Source of the DNA: Azolla caroliniana
Lineage: Eukaryota; Plantae; Polypodiophyta
Direction: 5' to 3'
Assembly (NCBI GenBank): GCA_043228905.1
Contig: JBHGNT010000004.1
Location: 12,834,001 to 12,898,000 of the forward strand
Length of the DNA: 64,000 nucleotides
Shown here: in pieces, positions 1 through 11,614 of the stretch
How the letters are laid out: each line of letters starts with the position of its first letter
Position numbering within the stretch: position 1 is the first letter of the stretch
Program-made: the position numbers and the translations under genes
Notes under the pieces: generated by a model
Told to the model about the DNA's origin: nothing
The model's database searches: none
The model's input: only the letters and a program-made list of their open reading frames with translations

Positions 1-530
1 TCCAAACGTCGTTTGAAAAGGTGGTTGTCGCATCTCACTGCGCGACTGATTGCTTCTGTTAATGACTTTAATTCTTCGAGGAAAGTCAAGAGTAAATCCT
101 TGACATCATTGCGTAAACCATATCAAAATTGCTCCATCAATGCTTGATCATCCCAAGGGATATCGGTGGCAAGTAGGTGGAAATCTGCAGTGTATGCGGA
201 GGTTGGACGATCACCTTGGCGTAATTGTCAGATTTTGTTGATTGTTGTCCTTATGCTGTCAATATCTCTAAAACAAGCTTTAAACTCACTTATAAATTCT
301 TCAAAATTGTTTAGTAATGGAGATTCCTTTTCTAACAACAGAGCGAACCATGCCAATGTTGAGCCACTAAGTAGAGTGCCTACTAGTCCCACTCGTGATG
401 CATGGGGTGGAATATCGAGAAGGATGCATTTGAATCACTAAAAGTACCTGATTCAAAAAACCTCTAAATTGTGATCAGGTCCCATCCAATTTTGTAGGAA
501 GACCAATCTTGGCTTCTTTGTGAATTCCTT
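1..530 (-). pseudogene. Ty3/gypsy (Tcn1-like chromovirus) gag relic, runs off the window start
   Basis: Minus strand reads, across stops and frameshifts, KEAKIGLPTKLDGT*SQFRGFLNQVLLVIQMHPSRY...LAWFA...LRQGDRPTSAYTADF...IPWDDQALMEQF...GLRNDVKD, a retrotransposon gag (capsid) pattern. Confidence 0.8.
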
Positions 531-783
531 GAGTGCTTGATCCTTGTTGTTGTAGTGATACAATAGTCGCTTCAGGTTGTTGTACACGTAACGTCAGCTC
601 CCCGTGTTGTTGTTTTTCCAGCGCTATTTGTTGAACATCCCCCAACAAACAGTGATTTTCTTGTTCTAGTGCTAAAAAATGGGTAAGAAGATGAGGGAAA
701 CCAGAAAGAAGACCGAAAAAAAAGGGATATGTAAGAAGATAGAAGGAAGTGGAGGAGACGGAAGGAGGGAAATCGGTTCAAAC

Positions 784-864
784 TGTCAGGAATAGTATTG
801 AGACAGAGAAGAAATTAGTACTAAGAGATGAATATTAGTACTAAGAGGAATAGAGGGTGTAGAA

Positions 865-926
<62 letters not shown>

Positions 927-1140
927 TGACGATGACAACGATATATTATGTGAGAAGAATATACAAGGCTAGGAGGCTTAAGACTGGTGTTGAACCGATT
1001 GGGTTTGAACTAATGCCTTGTGCCTCCTTTTATAGTGTTCTCAGGAGTAGTCTTGAAGCTTCTAGAATGTTCCAGAGAAATCTGGAATATACATTAATTT
1101 TCTATAGTAAAACTTAAATAAAAATAATATTCTATGTATT
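784..1140 (-). mobile_element. 5' LTR of the Ty3/gypsy relic (upstream boundary approximate)
   Basis: Ends ...CCTGACA on minus at 784; TATAAAAGG on minus at 1026-1034; contains (GA)n at ~868-923; followed by a self-complementary PBS at 771-781. Confidence 0.6.
868..923. repeat. (GA)n microsatellite
   Basis: Direct reading. Confidence 0.98.
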
Positions 1141-1145
1141 ATAAT

Positions 1146-1210
1146 AGATAGTGTAATGGTTAAGAGCTCAACCCATGTAACATAAGATCATGGGTTCGAG
1201 TCTTGCCATA
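1146..1210 (+). other. Degenerate tRNA-like sequence (possible SINE head)
   Basis: A-box-like TAGTGTAATGG (1149-1159) and B-box/T-arm GGGTTCGAGTC (1192-1202) at tRNA-like spacing; no complete cloverleaf. Confidence 0.5.
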
Positions 1211-4200
1211 TCATGACGGTGGGGCATACCACTTGACAAATTCTAACACATTTTGCCAAGATGATAATAATTGATTAACAACCCAAGACATGGAACACTT
1301 CACTTGCCTTTTGGAATTGACTACATTCCACCAATGTATTTCTACTCTTATGTTTCCAAACTTGATGCCAATTCCCTCAACAAAGAAAATCACCATTTCT
1401 ATGCATGAGTGTGTGTTTGCAAACATAGAGATGAGTAATGAAAACCTCCGAGCTACCATATGCTCATATACATTCAATAATGCTGCTCCACCAAGCCATT
1501 TTGGAGTACAAATATGATCCCATGCCAACGAAGAAATGCCATGTTTCCCTTTTTTCTTCAATAATAAAGAACGCATTGATTGGGTAACCTTTTCAACAGC
1601 CTTCTTAGACCATGGCAACAATGGGAGATAATAAGAAACCATGGGTATCATAATGGATTGCACAACTTAACCTGTATATGAAATGGCCATGACTGAGATC
1701 TCCAATAGATGAACTTATTTTCAATCTTTCTCGACACCCAATCAACTAGTTTAACATCTGAAACTTGTACTCCAATATGGTAACCCAAGTGTCGAAAAAT
1801 TTCCCCACGACTAACAATGTTTCTAGATTGGACCCAACCTCTAATATATTTTGCTCAGTACAGAGTAGGGGCTCTTGGCACCCAATCCGCGTGGTGGCAC
1901 AGGTTGGTAACATCTGGAAAACAGACCCGGATGTTGCTAAGGTGGAACCCCATTGGAAGTTATGGGTATATGGTGGCTGTCCCCTCATCGAGCTAGAATG
2001 GGACCCAGGGGATTTCAGGTGGAAACAGGATGGCAGACTTCGCCATTTCTTCGAGTACAGCACTAAATTGGGTCGGACTTTACAATTGCAGCTAGATGGC
2101 CCCTTACGCAATGGCTGGCGTACATTGGGCATCCCTGATGAGGTGCTCATTACTTTTTGGAAAGGTCTCTGGCGTCTCCACATGCCTGAAAAGATCAAGT
2201 TTTTTTGGTGGCAGATCAGTCATAATGTGGTTCCCATTGGCGAATGGTTAGGTAAACGTGGCGGCCCGTTAGGCTGCCCACTCTGCCCTTCACCTATTGA
2301 GACTCTGAGGCACTGTCTATGGGATTGCTCTCAAGCTCAAAAGGTATGGGATAGAGTGACTCGCCTCCTTATGGCTTGTGAAGTGGAAGGAACCGCATCG
2401 TGGAGTACTGCGGCATGGATTGATCACTCCGACGATAGGTGGACGGACGCCTTCAATGCGGATAGCTGGTGCTATGTATGCATTGGAGGCAAAATCGCCA
2501 AGATTCGTTATGGAAGAGGCTTGCAGTCCGCATCCCCTAGGTTCTCGGAAATTTGGATGTTGATCGCAGGCTTCACCATGTGGTATATATGGAAAGTGAG
2601 TTGCCTGAAGGTTTTTCAAGATCTGGTGTGACCCCCGGAGGAAGTGATCATGGACATATGGTTTGCTCTTATCAGCTGCCTACAAGGGCAGTTGGACGAG
2701 GTTTGCAGCCATTCCAACGATGTGGTTACTGCCCGTTTGCGCTTTTGGCAAAAATGGCGGAACACGCCTATGGTGACACAAGGAGGAAGTGGTCCGAGGT
2801 GGAACTACCAACCCCCACGCTGGCTGTTTCCGAGTCACTTGCCGCCCTCCCTGCGGTGTAGGCCCTAGGAGGTGTCTCGTACTAGCCAAAATTGACGGGC
2901 ACCATTTTTAGCTATAGGTATCTGCTTATATTGAGTAGTCAACCCGTTATGCTAAGTAACTAATCTCATTTTCTTGTACTTGTTCGGAGGGAGATTTCCC
3001 GATTTGTATATAAGCCCCGTGTACAGTCTTTTTGTAATAATCCTTCCTAACTAATGGGAAAGTAGCTTCATTTTGGAAAAAATAAAATAAGAACTGATTT
3101 ATGCATTTTAATCTTTAATCTTGATACAAGTGAAAACAATTCCCACACCTATGTAGCCAATCTTCCAAGATTGTGGCATGTGCCCTGTGGGCCAAACATT
3201 CTGGAATAGAATTGTAAAGGACCTCTTCATGTGTGTATTATATTTCTTAAAGAATTCATTTGTTAAACTATCCCAACCAGGACACTTACCATTCACAAGA
3301 TGAGAAATCACATTTTCTACCTCAACCTCCAAATATATGCATCCAAAACACTAGAAAGCTCTGTTGATACATGATTTGTAACTTCCTTCAAGAACACCTC
3401 TTGAGCATAATTAACAGTTTCAGCAACATGAGTTTCTACATCTAACAATTGCTTATAATAATCCACACATTTTGTCACAATCATATGCGGATCCATAATC
3501 ATCCTCCCATTTTCTTGTAATCGCACCACATTATACCTCGCATGTGATTCATGAAGCGCATGAAGGAAATTGTGTGATTCACAATTAGAGTCATCCATTT
3601 CTTATCTCAAAGTATGTAATCTAGGTTGTTGATAACTCTTAACTTTCATATCACATAAAGAGGCTGATAATATTTTGTGAATATCCAATAATTGCTCATC
3701 CATTGGCCAATAACTTAGTAATGCATTACATCGTCCCAACAATGTAGCCAAAACCTTTATTTTTCTTCTTCTCTTAAAGGCATTATACGTTCCATAAAAT
3801 CTGGATAGCTTTTGCACATTTACAACAAATACATCCCAAGCCTCAAACCCAACATCTTGAACATGTAAATTGAATTCCTCAATCAATTGACACATGTAAC
3901 CATGAAATACTTCATGGTCTAAAAAAGATGAATTAAAACGAAGAGGAGGTTGTCTTAAGAAATATTAAAATTGGTCAACTGATTGATGCGCAAACTCAAA
4001 CACTAATGGAAAATGATTTGAAAGAACCAAATCATAAGAAATGGAAATATCTAAAATCTCTGGCAAGAAAGAATTAGTATGCATAATATACATACGATCT
4101 AACCTACTCCAAGTAGATGTGTATTGTTCTGATTGAAAAGTATAACCTGGATCATCACTATGGATCTAAGGCCACACATCACAATGTAGAACATCCATTT

Positions 4201-4677
4201 ATAATTGTTCCCAAGATTGATTCTCAGATCTTTCCATTATAGAATGTATAGAAGTTGATTGTGCTTCCTCACAACAAACATTGCAATCCCCCATCATTGC
4301 TTAAGAAGCGAAGCCAAATTTTGCCACAACAACTTTCGTTTTTGAGAAAGATTTGAAGCATATACACCAACCAACCACAAAATTTGTCCTTCATAAGAGA
4401 TTTGTACAACCAAAAATCGACCAAGATCATCACTAAAGATAACTTGAGGACAAAACACATTTCTTATAAACATAACAACTCTTGAATAATCACCTTTCAC
4501 TTTTCTTGAATAACATAGCATATAACCCTTAATGTTAACCATTAAACCTTCATTTTTATGTTCTTTATGCTCCACTGCACATAAAACATCCCACTGATTG
4601 TGTAACAAAGCACTCCACATGTCATGCATCTTAAATCGGGAACAAATCCCTCTTACATTCCATGTTGTCACCTTCAT
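1211..4677 (-). mobile_element. Degenerate L1-clade LINE ORF2 (endonuclease, linker, RT remnant, post-RT), RT core deleted, interrupted at ~1865-3088
   Basis: Endonuclease start MKVTTWNVRG (4677); GKCPGWDSLTNEFFKKY..WKIG joined directly to WELFSLVSRLKIKMHKSVL (~3100); resumes at ~1864 with FRHLGYHIG and LAWDHICTPKWLGG. Confidence 0.85.
1865..3088 (+). mobile_element. 5'-truncated L1 LINE 3' end (zf-RVT region, 3' UTR, A-rich tail) nested antisense in the older LINE
   Basis: WRLHMPEKIKFFWW...CPLCPSPIETLRHCLWDC zf-RVT motif; more GC-rich than the host; ends in an A-rich run at ~3077-3090. Confidence 0.85.
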
Positions 4678-4796
4678 ACTTTAGCCTTTCCTTTAGATGA
4701 GGGAACCTGTTTCTCCCTCTCACTCAATGTATCTACTAAATCTTGAAAAAAATCTCCTAAGATTGCAAACGAATTTTGATGGGAAGGGAAAAAAGT

Positions 4797-4822
4797 TCTC
4801 TCTCTCTCTCTCTCTCTCTCTC
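4797..4822. repeat. (TC)n microsatellite
   Basis: Direct reading. Confidence 0.95.
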
Positions 4823-4827
4823 ATCGT

Positions 4828-4880
4828 AATTAGCTTAATTGTTAACACTACAAGTGCTGCATCTTGGGTTCGAAACCCAT
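4828..4880 (+). other. Degenerate tRNA-like sequence
   Basis: TAGCTTAATTGTT (4831-4843) and GGGTTCGAAACCC T-arm hairpin (4866-4878). Confidence 0.4.
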
Positions 4881-4943
4881 TTTTTCTCACTTCTCTCTAT
4901 TATATACTTCATATATATCTCTTAATTCACTAGATGCCACTAT

Positions 4944-5007
4944 GGAATGTAGGGGTTGAACCCATGACCACCTGGTCTCCATTGGGCAACCTTACCAACT
5001 GATCTAC

Positions 5008-5012
<5 letters not shown>
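4944..5012 (-). other. Degenerate tRNA-like sequence (possible SINE head)
   Basis: Minus strand reads GTTGTAGATCAGTTGGTAAG...GTCATGGGTTCAACCCC, i.e. tRNA A-box and B-box motifs. Confidence 0.5.

Positions 5013-5049
<37 letters not shown>
5009..5049. repeat. (TC)n microsatellite 5' of the RTE-like LINE
   Basis: Direct reading. Confidence 0.97.
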
Positions 5050-5051
<2 letters not shown>

Positions 5052-7983
5052 GAAAAATGATACAAAGCGGCGGATCATACTTGAAAATAATTGGGTATAC
5101 CTCAAATGTACACAATGCATTGTGAGTGAAGATTGTACTATCTCACAACAAAATGGTCCAGACCAATTTGGGAAGTTACTCCTACACATGTGCAATAGTA
5201 CCAGATTGCTTATTGCAAATGGTATTTCCTTATGGCCCAACACTAATGGTTTTACATGTAGAAAACACAATGGAAATAGTGTGATTGACTATGTGCTACT
5301 TTCCGAAGGCATTTTGGATTGTATACATAAATTCTCACTTGGTGAATGGACACCGGAATCCGATCATAGGCCTGTATGTATTGATCTCAAATGTATGCAT
5401 AGGTTTGATTGTGAGAAGGCTATTGAAGATAATAAACAACTGCACTTGAGCATGACCCTTAAGCGAGAGCACCCATGTATTCCAAGATGGTTGAGGATAT
5501 GTTACAAATGACAAAGATACAACATGGTGCCACACTAGAATGCAAATGAGAAGCTTTCAAGAAAGTCATTCTCTCCTGTACAAACAAATGTTTTTCGATC
5601 AACTGCACATCTTGGAAATGCGCCAAGAAACTTAGGAAAAAATGGTTTGATAAAGAATGTCGTGAAGCTCGAAAGTGCCTTATGGTTTTGGATGTAGTTA
5701 AGGATAAAGAGAATTACCAAAAGTATTTGCATGAGTATAAAAGGCTTATTCAAAGAAAGCGCAGAATATGGGAAGTTACTCAACAATTTATCCAAACACA
5801 AGAGAAAGCACATGCATGTGCTAAATTTTGGGGAAATCTAAAGGGGAAACGTGATGAGAGTTATGGTGACTTAACTCTTCATGACATGTCTATGCATTGT
5901 AAGAATTTATATGAGTTATCTCTTGCCGAAAAGATAATGTGTTATGGTTCTCTTTCACATATGCCTCCCTTCTTTACAATTGAAGATATATGCATAGGAC
6001 TTAAGAAATTGGCCTCTCGAAAGGCAAGCGATCTTCAATGTATAAAGGCTGAAATGCTCAAATGGACGAGAAAGGAAGCACATATATGGATAAGCAATAT
6101 GTTTAATGATGCATTGCAACGTGGTATGCCGTACGATTGGACTAAAAATTGGATTAAACCTTTACATAAAGGTGGAAATATAAATAATGTAAACAACTAT
6201 CGAACCATCATGGTTGGCTCATTAATGGCAAAACTATTTGGATGTATAATGGAATCAAAGATAAGTGTATGGGTTGAAAAAAGTGGTAAGACAGCTTATA
6301 GACAAGCTGGCTTTCGGAAACACCATAGCACCATTGATCACCTTATCACCCTTCGAGTATTAATGGAGGAAAGTCGCCTTAGAGGTAAAGGTTTATATTG
6401 TTGGTTTGTAGACTTCAAGAAAGCTTTTGATATGGTACCTCGTGAGCATCTTTGAAGGCGAATTGAAGAACTTGAGGTGCCAAGTGAATATATGCTTGCA
6501 ATTTCCCGAATTTATGAGAAGGTTATATGTTGTGTGTGCATGAGAGATAAACTTTCAGATTTTTTCAAAAGCACTGTTGGTGTTAAGGAAGGATGCCCAC
6601 TCTCATCAACACTATTTGGTCTATACATTGATGAATTGGAAGAAATGGTTACCAAGTTTGCAAAGGAAGAATGTGTTGAAGAAATTGCCATTGGGAATGT
6701 TGTGATTATGCTTTTGCTATATGCATATGATGTAGTGCTTTTTGCAAATACTTTAGGAGATGCACAAAAGCTTATGAAGGCATTGGAAATTTTTTGCATG
6801 CATACTAACTTAAGTGTCAATAGCTCTAAAACAAAGATCATGCTTGTGAAGAGCCAAAAAAGAGATAAACCATGCATTATGTACAACAATAAGCCACTTG
6901 AATCTGTGGAAAGCTTCAAATATCTTGGCCTTGAAGTTCCTTCAAATTATAGATGGAATGAGTGTGCTACACGCCGATTAGAGGTGGGTAAGCGAGTATA
7001 CTATGCATTTGAGAACATATGGAACCTTGGAGATATTAAGTGTTGGGTCCTCAAGAAATATCTTTTCGACACTTTGGTGACACCGGTTCTTCTCTATGGG
7101 GGTGGAAGTATGGGGCAGTAGCATCCCTAAATCTATGTGGAAAGAGTTTGAAAATGTTCAAAAACATTTTCTTACAAAGTTTCTACAAGTTAAGAAACAA
7201 ACGCCCTACACCCTCCTCCTCCTTGAGACGGGATCACTTCCCATTGAGACCATGGCCATGGAAAGGGTTGTTGAATACATGTTTAAGGTTCAAAAAAGTC
7301 CCTCACATCGACTTCCTAGAATTGCGTGGGAAGCAAGCAAAAAGATTCAAAAGACGCATAAAAGCAAAATTTTGTGTTCCGGTTGGATGTAAGATATAGA
7401 AAAATGGTTTGGTAGATGGGATGTGAGACACTTGCTTCATGATGCATCATTAGATTCCTCTGTAAATGAGGCCTTTTTGCAACATCAATGTATCATGACA
7501 TGGGACAAATGTGGAGGCACACGCTTCACACATTATACTACAGATGTTGCACCTAACTACAAAACCATATTCTTTGCAGAACGGGGAAATCGTACACATC
7601 AATACATGTTAGAGCCCATACCGTTATCTGCCATTCGAACCATTGCTTCCATGTGACTTAGCTCACATGCATTGCGATGTGAAATAAGGCATTGGGGCAC
7701 AAGTGATAAAAGTGGTCAGCTAAACAAGTTCGCGAGTCTGAGTATCACACTTTGATACAATACTCTACCTTTGATCATATTCGACCATGCTTTCCATATC
7801 TCTTCAACCGAGCCCAATCTTTGCATGAATTCCTCTCACAACCACAATGTGCACTCTCGATTGCAACATTCATTGGTAAAGTTCTTGAACATCGAGAGTC
7901 AGTACTCACTTTCACACGTATCATGTGAAATGTAATATTTTTGGTCTCATAGGTCATATTTGACCTCCGAAGACGATAATATA

Positions 7984-7986
<3 letters not shown>
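5050..7986 (+). mobile_element. 5'-truncated RTE-like LINE (APE C-terminus, RT, C-terminal domain), frameshifted
   Basis: SVIDYVLLS..SDHRP (APE); PLHKGG..NNYRTI, QAGFRKHHST.DH, FVDFKKAFD, GVKEGCPLS, LLYAYD, FKYLG (RT); (TC)n on both sides. Confidence 0.92.

Positions 7987-8021
<35 letters not shown>
7987..8021. repeat. (TC)n tail/target of the RTE-like LINE
   Basis: Direct reading. Confidence 0.97.
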
Positions 8022-8023
<2 letters not shown>

Positions 8024-9079
8024 ACCCCCCCTCCCCCCCCTCGGGAGGGGGTGGAGCCATTCTAGGAACTACCCCCACCCCAAAAGATTATTAATATCTT
8101 CGCCATCACCATAGCCATCAACCTCACAATGCTTATTATCTCTTTATCATAACCCTATTCTAACATTAGCATTCATGATAATAATCATCATCAACTCTAA
8201 CCCTAGCCCTAAACTAGCAACAATATGAAACAAATTACTATTGCTTAATACAGAACATGATTTTATGCGAACAAGCATTGGCATCCTCGTGTATTTAACC
8301 CAAGACAGATGGCATTTATATTTAAATTTTTAAGACTTTGTCTATGAGTAAGTGTGTTAAATTAACTCCGCAAGTTTGTAGGTCTTTCATAGTTTTCTAA
8401 CATATTGGTTTATTTTCCTAATTTATCAATCTTTTAGTTGGAAAAGCACATCAAAACACATTTCCCTCAAACAATCATTGCAAGAGTGCAATCTTTTAAA
8501 GTGGGGGAGTAGGTTACATGCATAACCATCACTACTCATGAGATAGGTTTTCTGTAGTTTTTCCTAATCATATGATGAGTATGTGCGGGTTGATTATGAA
8601 AGGAACGGGGGTATGAATTGTAATGTTCAATTCTACGGTGTGGGATAACTATTAAGTGTGTTATCACTTGACCACTTCAAATAAAGTAGTCAAATGTGAA
8701 GTACTAGGGCCTAGGTTTTTTGCCTATATGGAAGCTAGCTACCATCTTATCAAGGGAGGCTTGACGCATGTTGAGACTATGGCAATGTGGCTATTGGTCT
8801 TGTTAGCTAAGCATGTCTGTTGCTTGCAAGACCCAAGGTATGAATCGCTTCAACCCTCGATGGTATGGGATATTGAGGAGGTTCAGGTTTGTCTCACATT
8901 GTTGCTAAGGGATGGTCGGGTGGTTTGACACCCCTCCTTCCTTTCTTTGGTCTAAAATTCCTTATGTTTTGCTTAATTAACTTGTTAGACTCCAACACCT
9001 TCCCCCTTTTTCTTCATATGGAAGGAAGGACTGAGTAAGATAGATAGGAGATTGAATGACATATACATTTTGATCTTGG

Positions 9080-10005
9080 AAAAAAATTATGCACCTAACT
9101 GAACCACACAATTACGATGTTTTTGTAAAAAATCTTGGGAATACAATACACACTTAGCCTTGGATTTTCATGTTACCTTTTTTGTGCAAAAAGTTTTTAT
9201 CTGCATCATTGGAAAAAGCACGGCCCTAACAACCATTCTAATCGCTTAAAATTTGTGATCAAACCCCCACAACCTCTCTAATTGCTCTCACGTTGATGCT
9301 TGAATTAGCAAGAACTTGAATCTTCCTTCTATTTGAGTAAATCGGAAATCAATTTAGCATTAGATAGATGAATTAAACCCACTAGCGAGGTGTTGGACCT
9401 CGTTTTAATGATAAACAAAGGCTAAAACTTTTTAATGGAGCAATGATCATCTCCTTCTCTTCCCAACATAGGTAACAATTTGGTAAAAGTGAATTTGCAA
9501 TCAGATGTTTGACAAGGAAGAAGGATGCGGTATGGATGCTTGGGAAAAATTTGTGCACCTAACTGAACTACACACTTAGGGGCTTTTTATGAAAAGAGTG
9601 GACTTTGATCTTGGGAAAACAGTGTACGCTTAGCTCTAGATTTTCATGTGATCTTGTGTGAAAAGTTTTTATCTACATCATTGGAAAAACACCCCCACAA
9701 CCATTCTAATAACTTCAAATTTCCGATCAAACCCCCACGACCTCTCCAATTGCTCTCACATTGCTGCTTGAATTAGAAAGAACTTTAATCTTCCTTCTAT
9801 TTCAGTAAATTGGAAATCTATTTAGTATTATAGAGATGAATTAAACCCACCCGCAAGGTGTTGAGCATCATTTTAGTGATAAACAAAGGCTACAGGTTTT
9901 TAACGGAGCAACGATCATCTCCTTCTCTTCACAACATCGGTAGAAATATTGGTATAAGTGAATTTGCAATCAGAAGTTTGATGAGGAAGAAGCATGAGGT
10001 ATAGA
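9080..10005. repeat. Diverged tandem duplication, two units of ~465 bp
   Basis: TGCACCTAACTGAAC at ~9090 and ~9554; ATCAAACCCCCAC, GATGAATTAAACCCAC and GTGAATTTGCAATCAGA each recur in the same order. Confidence 0.85.
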
Positions 10006-10527
10006 TGTGAACAACAAGATGAAAACACAAGAAAAAAAACTTCTAGAGGATAAAAAAGTAAACACCTAAATGGGAGGAATGTGTATGTGCTTGGACTGAT
10101 GCATCTTGTCAACTGCTAATTGCACATATGAATATTTATGATGATGATTTCAAGGAAACTTGGGGTTGGTATACGAAATTCCGTCATTGCCAATGTTTGA
10201 AAGATGTGAGTTTTTATTGTGAATGAGAGGCAGTTGATCGAAATTACCCTGAATCTTTGGCTTCTTTAGGAAGGGTCTATGTTACAGTCAATGGATATGA
10301 TCCTAGTTGTGTTTATAATATGGATGGAACAAGTTTGTCTTTTCAATTAATTCCAAGATACAATATGCTTTTGCTTAGCGAAGATCCTACAACAATTTGA
10401 GGAAAGAAAAAAAATCTTAGATAGAGCTACATTAGTTGTTTGTCGTAATGCTATTGTGTTGAGATAATAAGCTTTAATAGAAGTCAAAATCACAAAGAAC
10501 AGGTAGCCATCAAGCAACAACGGAAAC

Positions 10528-10678
10528 ATGGATAGAGGTATGTGAGCACTCTTCCAATAAAAAGTTGGATAGGAACAACGATGCATCTTGGGAGTACAAG
10601 ATGCACTAGTACCTGCTCGGGCATGGATACTAGAGTTATACAGAGCCGACATTACAAGGAATTTCCAACTTGGGAACA
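10528..10678 (+). pseudogene. Copia gag N-terminal fragment of the MDRG-family
   Basis: atggatagaggtatg...gcatcttgggagtacaagatgcac..tacctgctcgggcatgg matches the gag starts at 42166 and 48018. Confidence 0.75.
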
Positions 10679-11252
10679 TGTTGAATATGGGTGTATAATG
10701 GACATATTCACACTGTCCCATTTGAACATACTATGCTTAGGAAAATCATGTAATTACAGTTATAAATAATTAGTTAGAGTAATTATGTTATGTGGAATTG
10801 ATTAGAGATGTATGTGTGAAAGAGGAGAGAAGAGACACAAGATAGATAAGAAATAAAGAACTCAAATGTACATTAACAAGCAGTAAGAAATACAGAAGAA
10901 AACAACCAAAATACAAGGGAAAGAGGTAGGTGCTTTATATAAAGTCACCTTCTCTCTTCATTAAAATGCCCACTCTATCACATCTAAACTCAAACCTCTA
11001 ACTTAGAGCACACCCACTACTTAGTATTAGATAAAACATTTGGAAACCTTTAAGTTACATGTGAATTATATATGGTTTAACATTGTATAGTCTAGAATAT
11101 AGTACATTCAGAATATTCTAGTCATTAGTATATTCTAGAAATATTCTATGGTATATTCTAGAGATATTTCATAGGTATATTCTAGAGATATTCAATCTCA
11201 GAACTTGTATAAATATGTGTGTTCACCTAGATTACAATTAAGGTGAACAACA
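10679..11252 (-). mobile_element. Probable solo LTR
   Basis: TGTTG...CAACA ends; minus-strand TATA at ~10932-10941; shares GCTTTATAT..AGTCACC.TCTCTCTTCATTAA with 62342-62680; no TSD seen. Confidence 0.5.
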
Positions 11253-11614
11253 CCAGTTATAGAGTCTTTCAATTAATCAACTCATCCCTTTGATTATCTT
11301 CTACTCTCTTGTGCACTATCCGTGAAAATTTATTCACCTTCCCATCCTCGTAGCTCTCCCTCCCACATTCTCGTGGTTCCATTGCCGGAACATCATGCAC
11401 TTTCACATTGGAGGTATCCCTTTCTTTTAATTCCAGTTCCATTTAGTTTGTCGCTTTACTTGATTCTGGAGCGTCTTCTTGCTTCATTGAGGTTGCATTC
11501 GCTCAAGCACATGGGGTACTCGTCGTCTGCTTCGCCAAAACCCATTCCCGTTGAAGCCATTGACGGGCGCGTCCTCTCATCAAGAGAAATTATCCAGACT
11601 ACAATCCCATTAGG

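Noticed and set aside
1211-3090. Twin-priming 5' inversion of a single L1
   Set aside because: The minus-strand LINE reads on across the plus-strand piece and differs in base composition, so it is a nested insertion of another family
8495-8940. Possible PPT + LTR remnant
   Set aside because: Only a GTGGGGGAG tract; no clear termini, partner LTR or TSD
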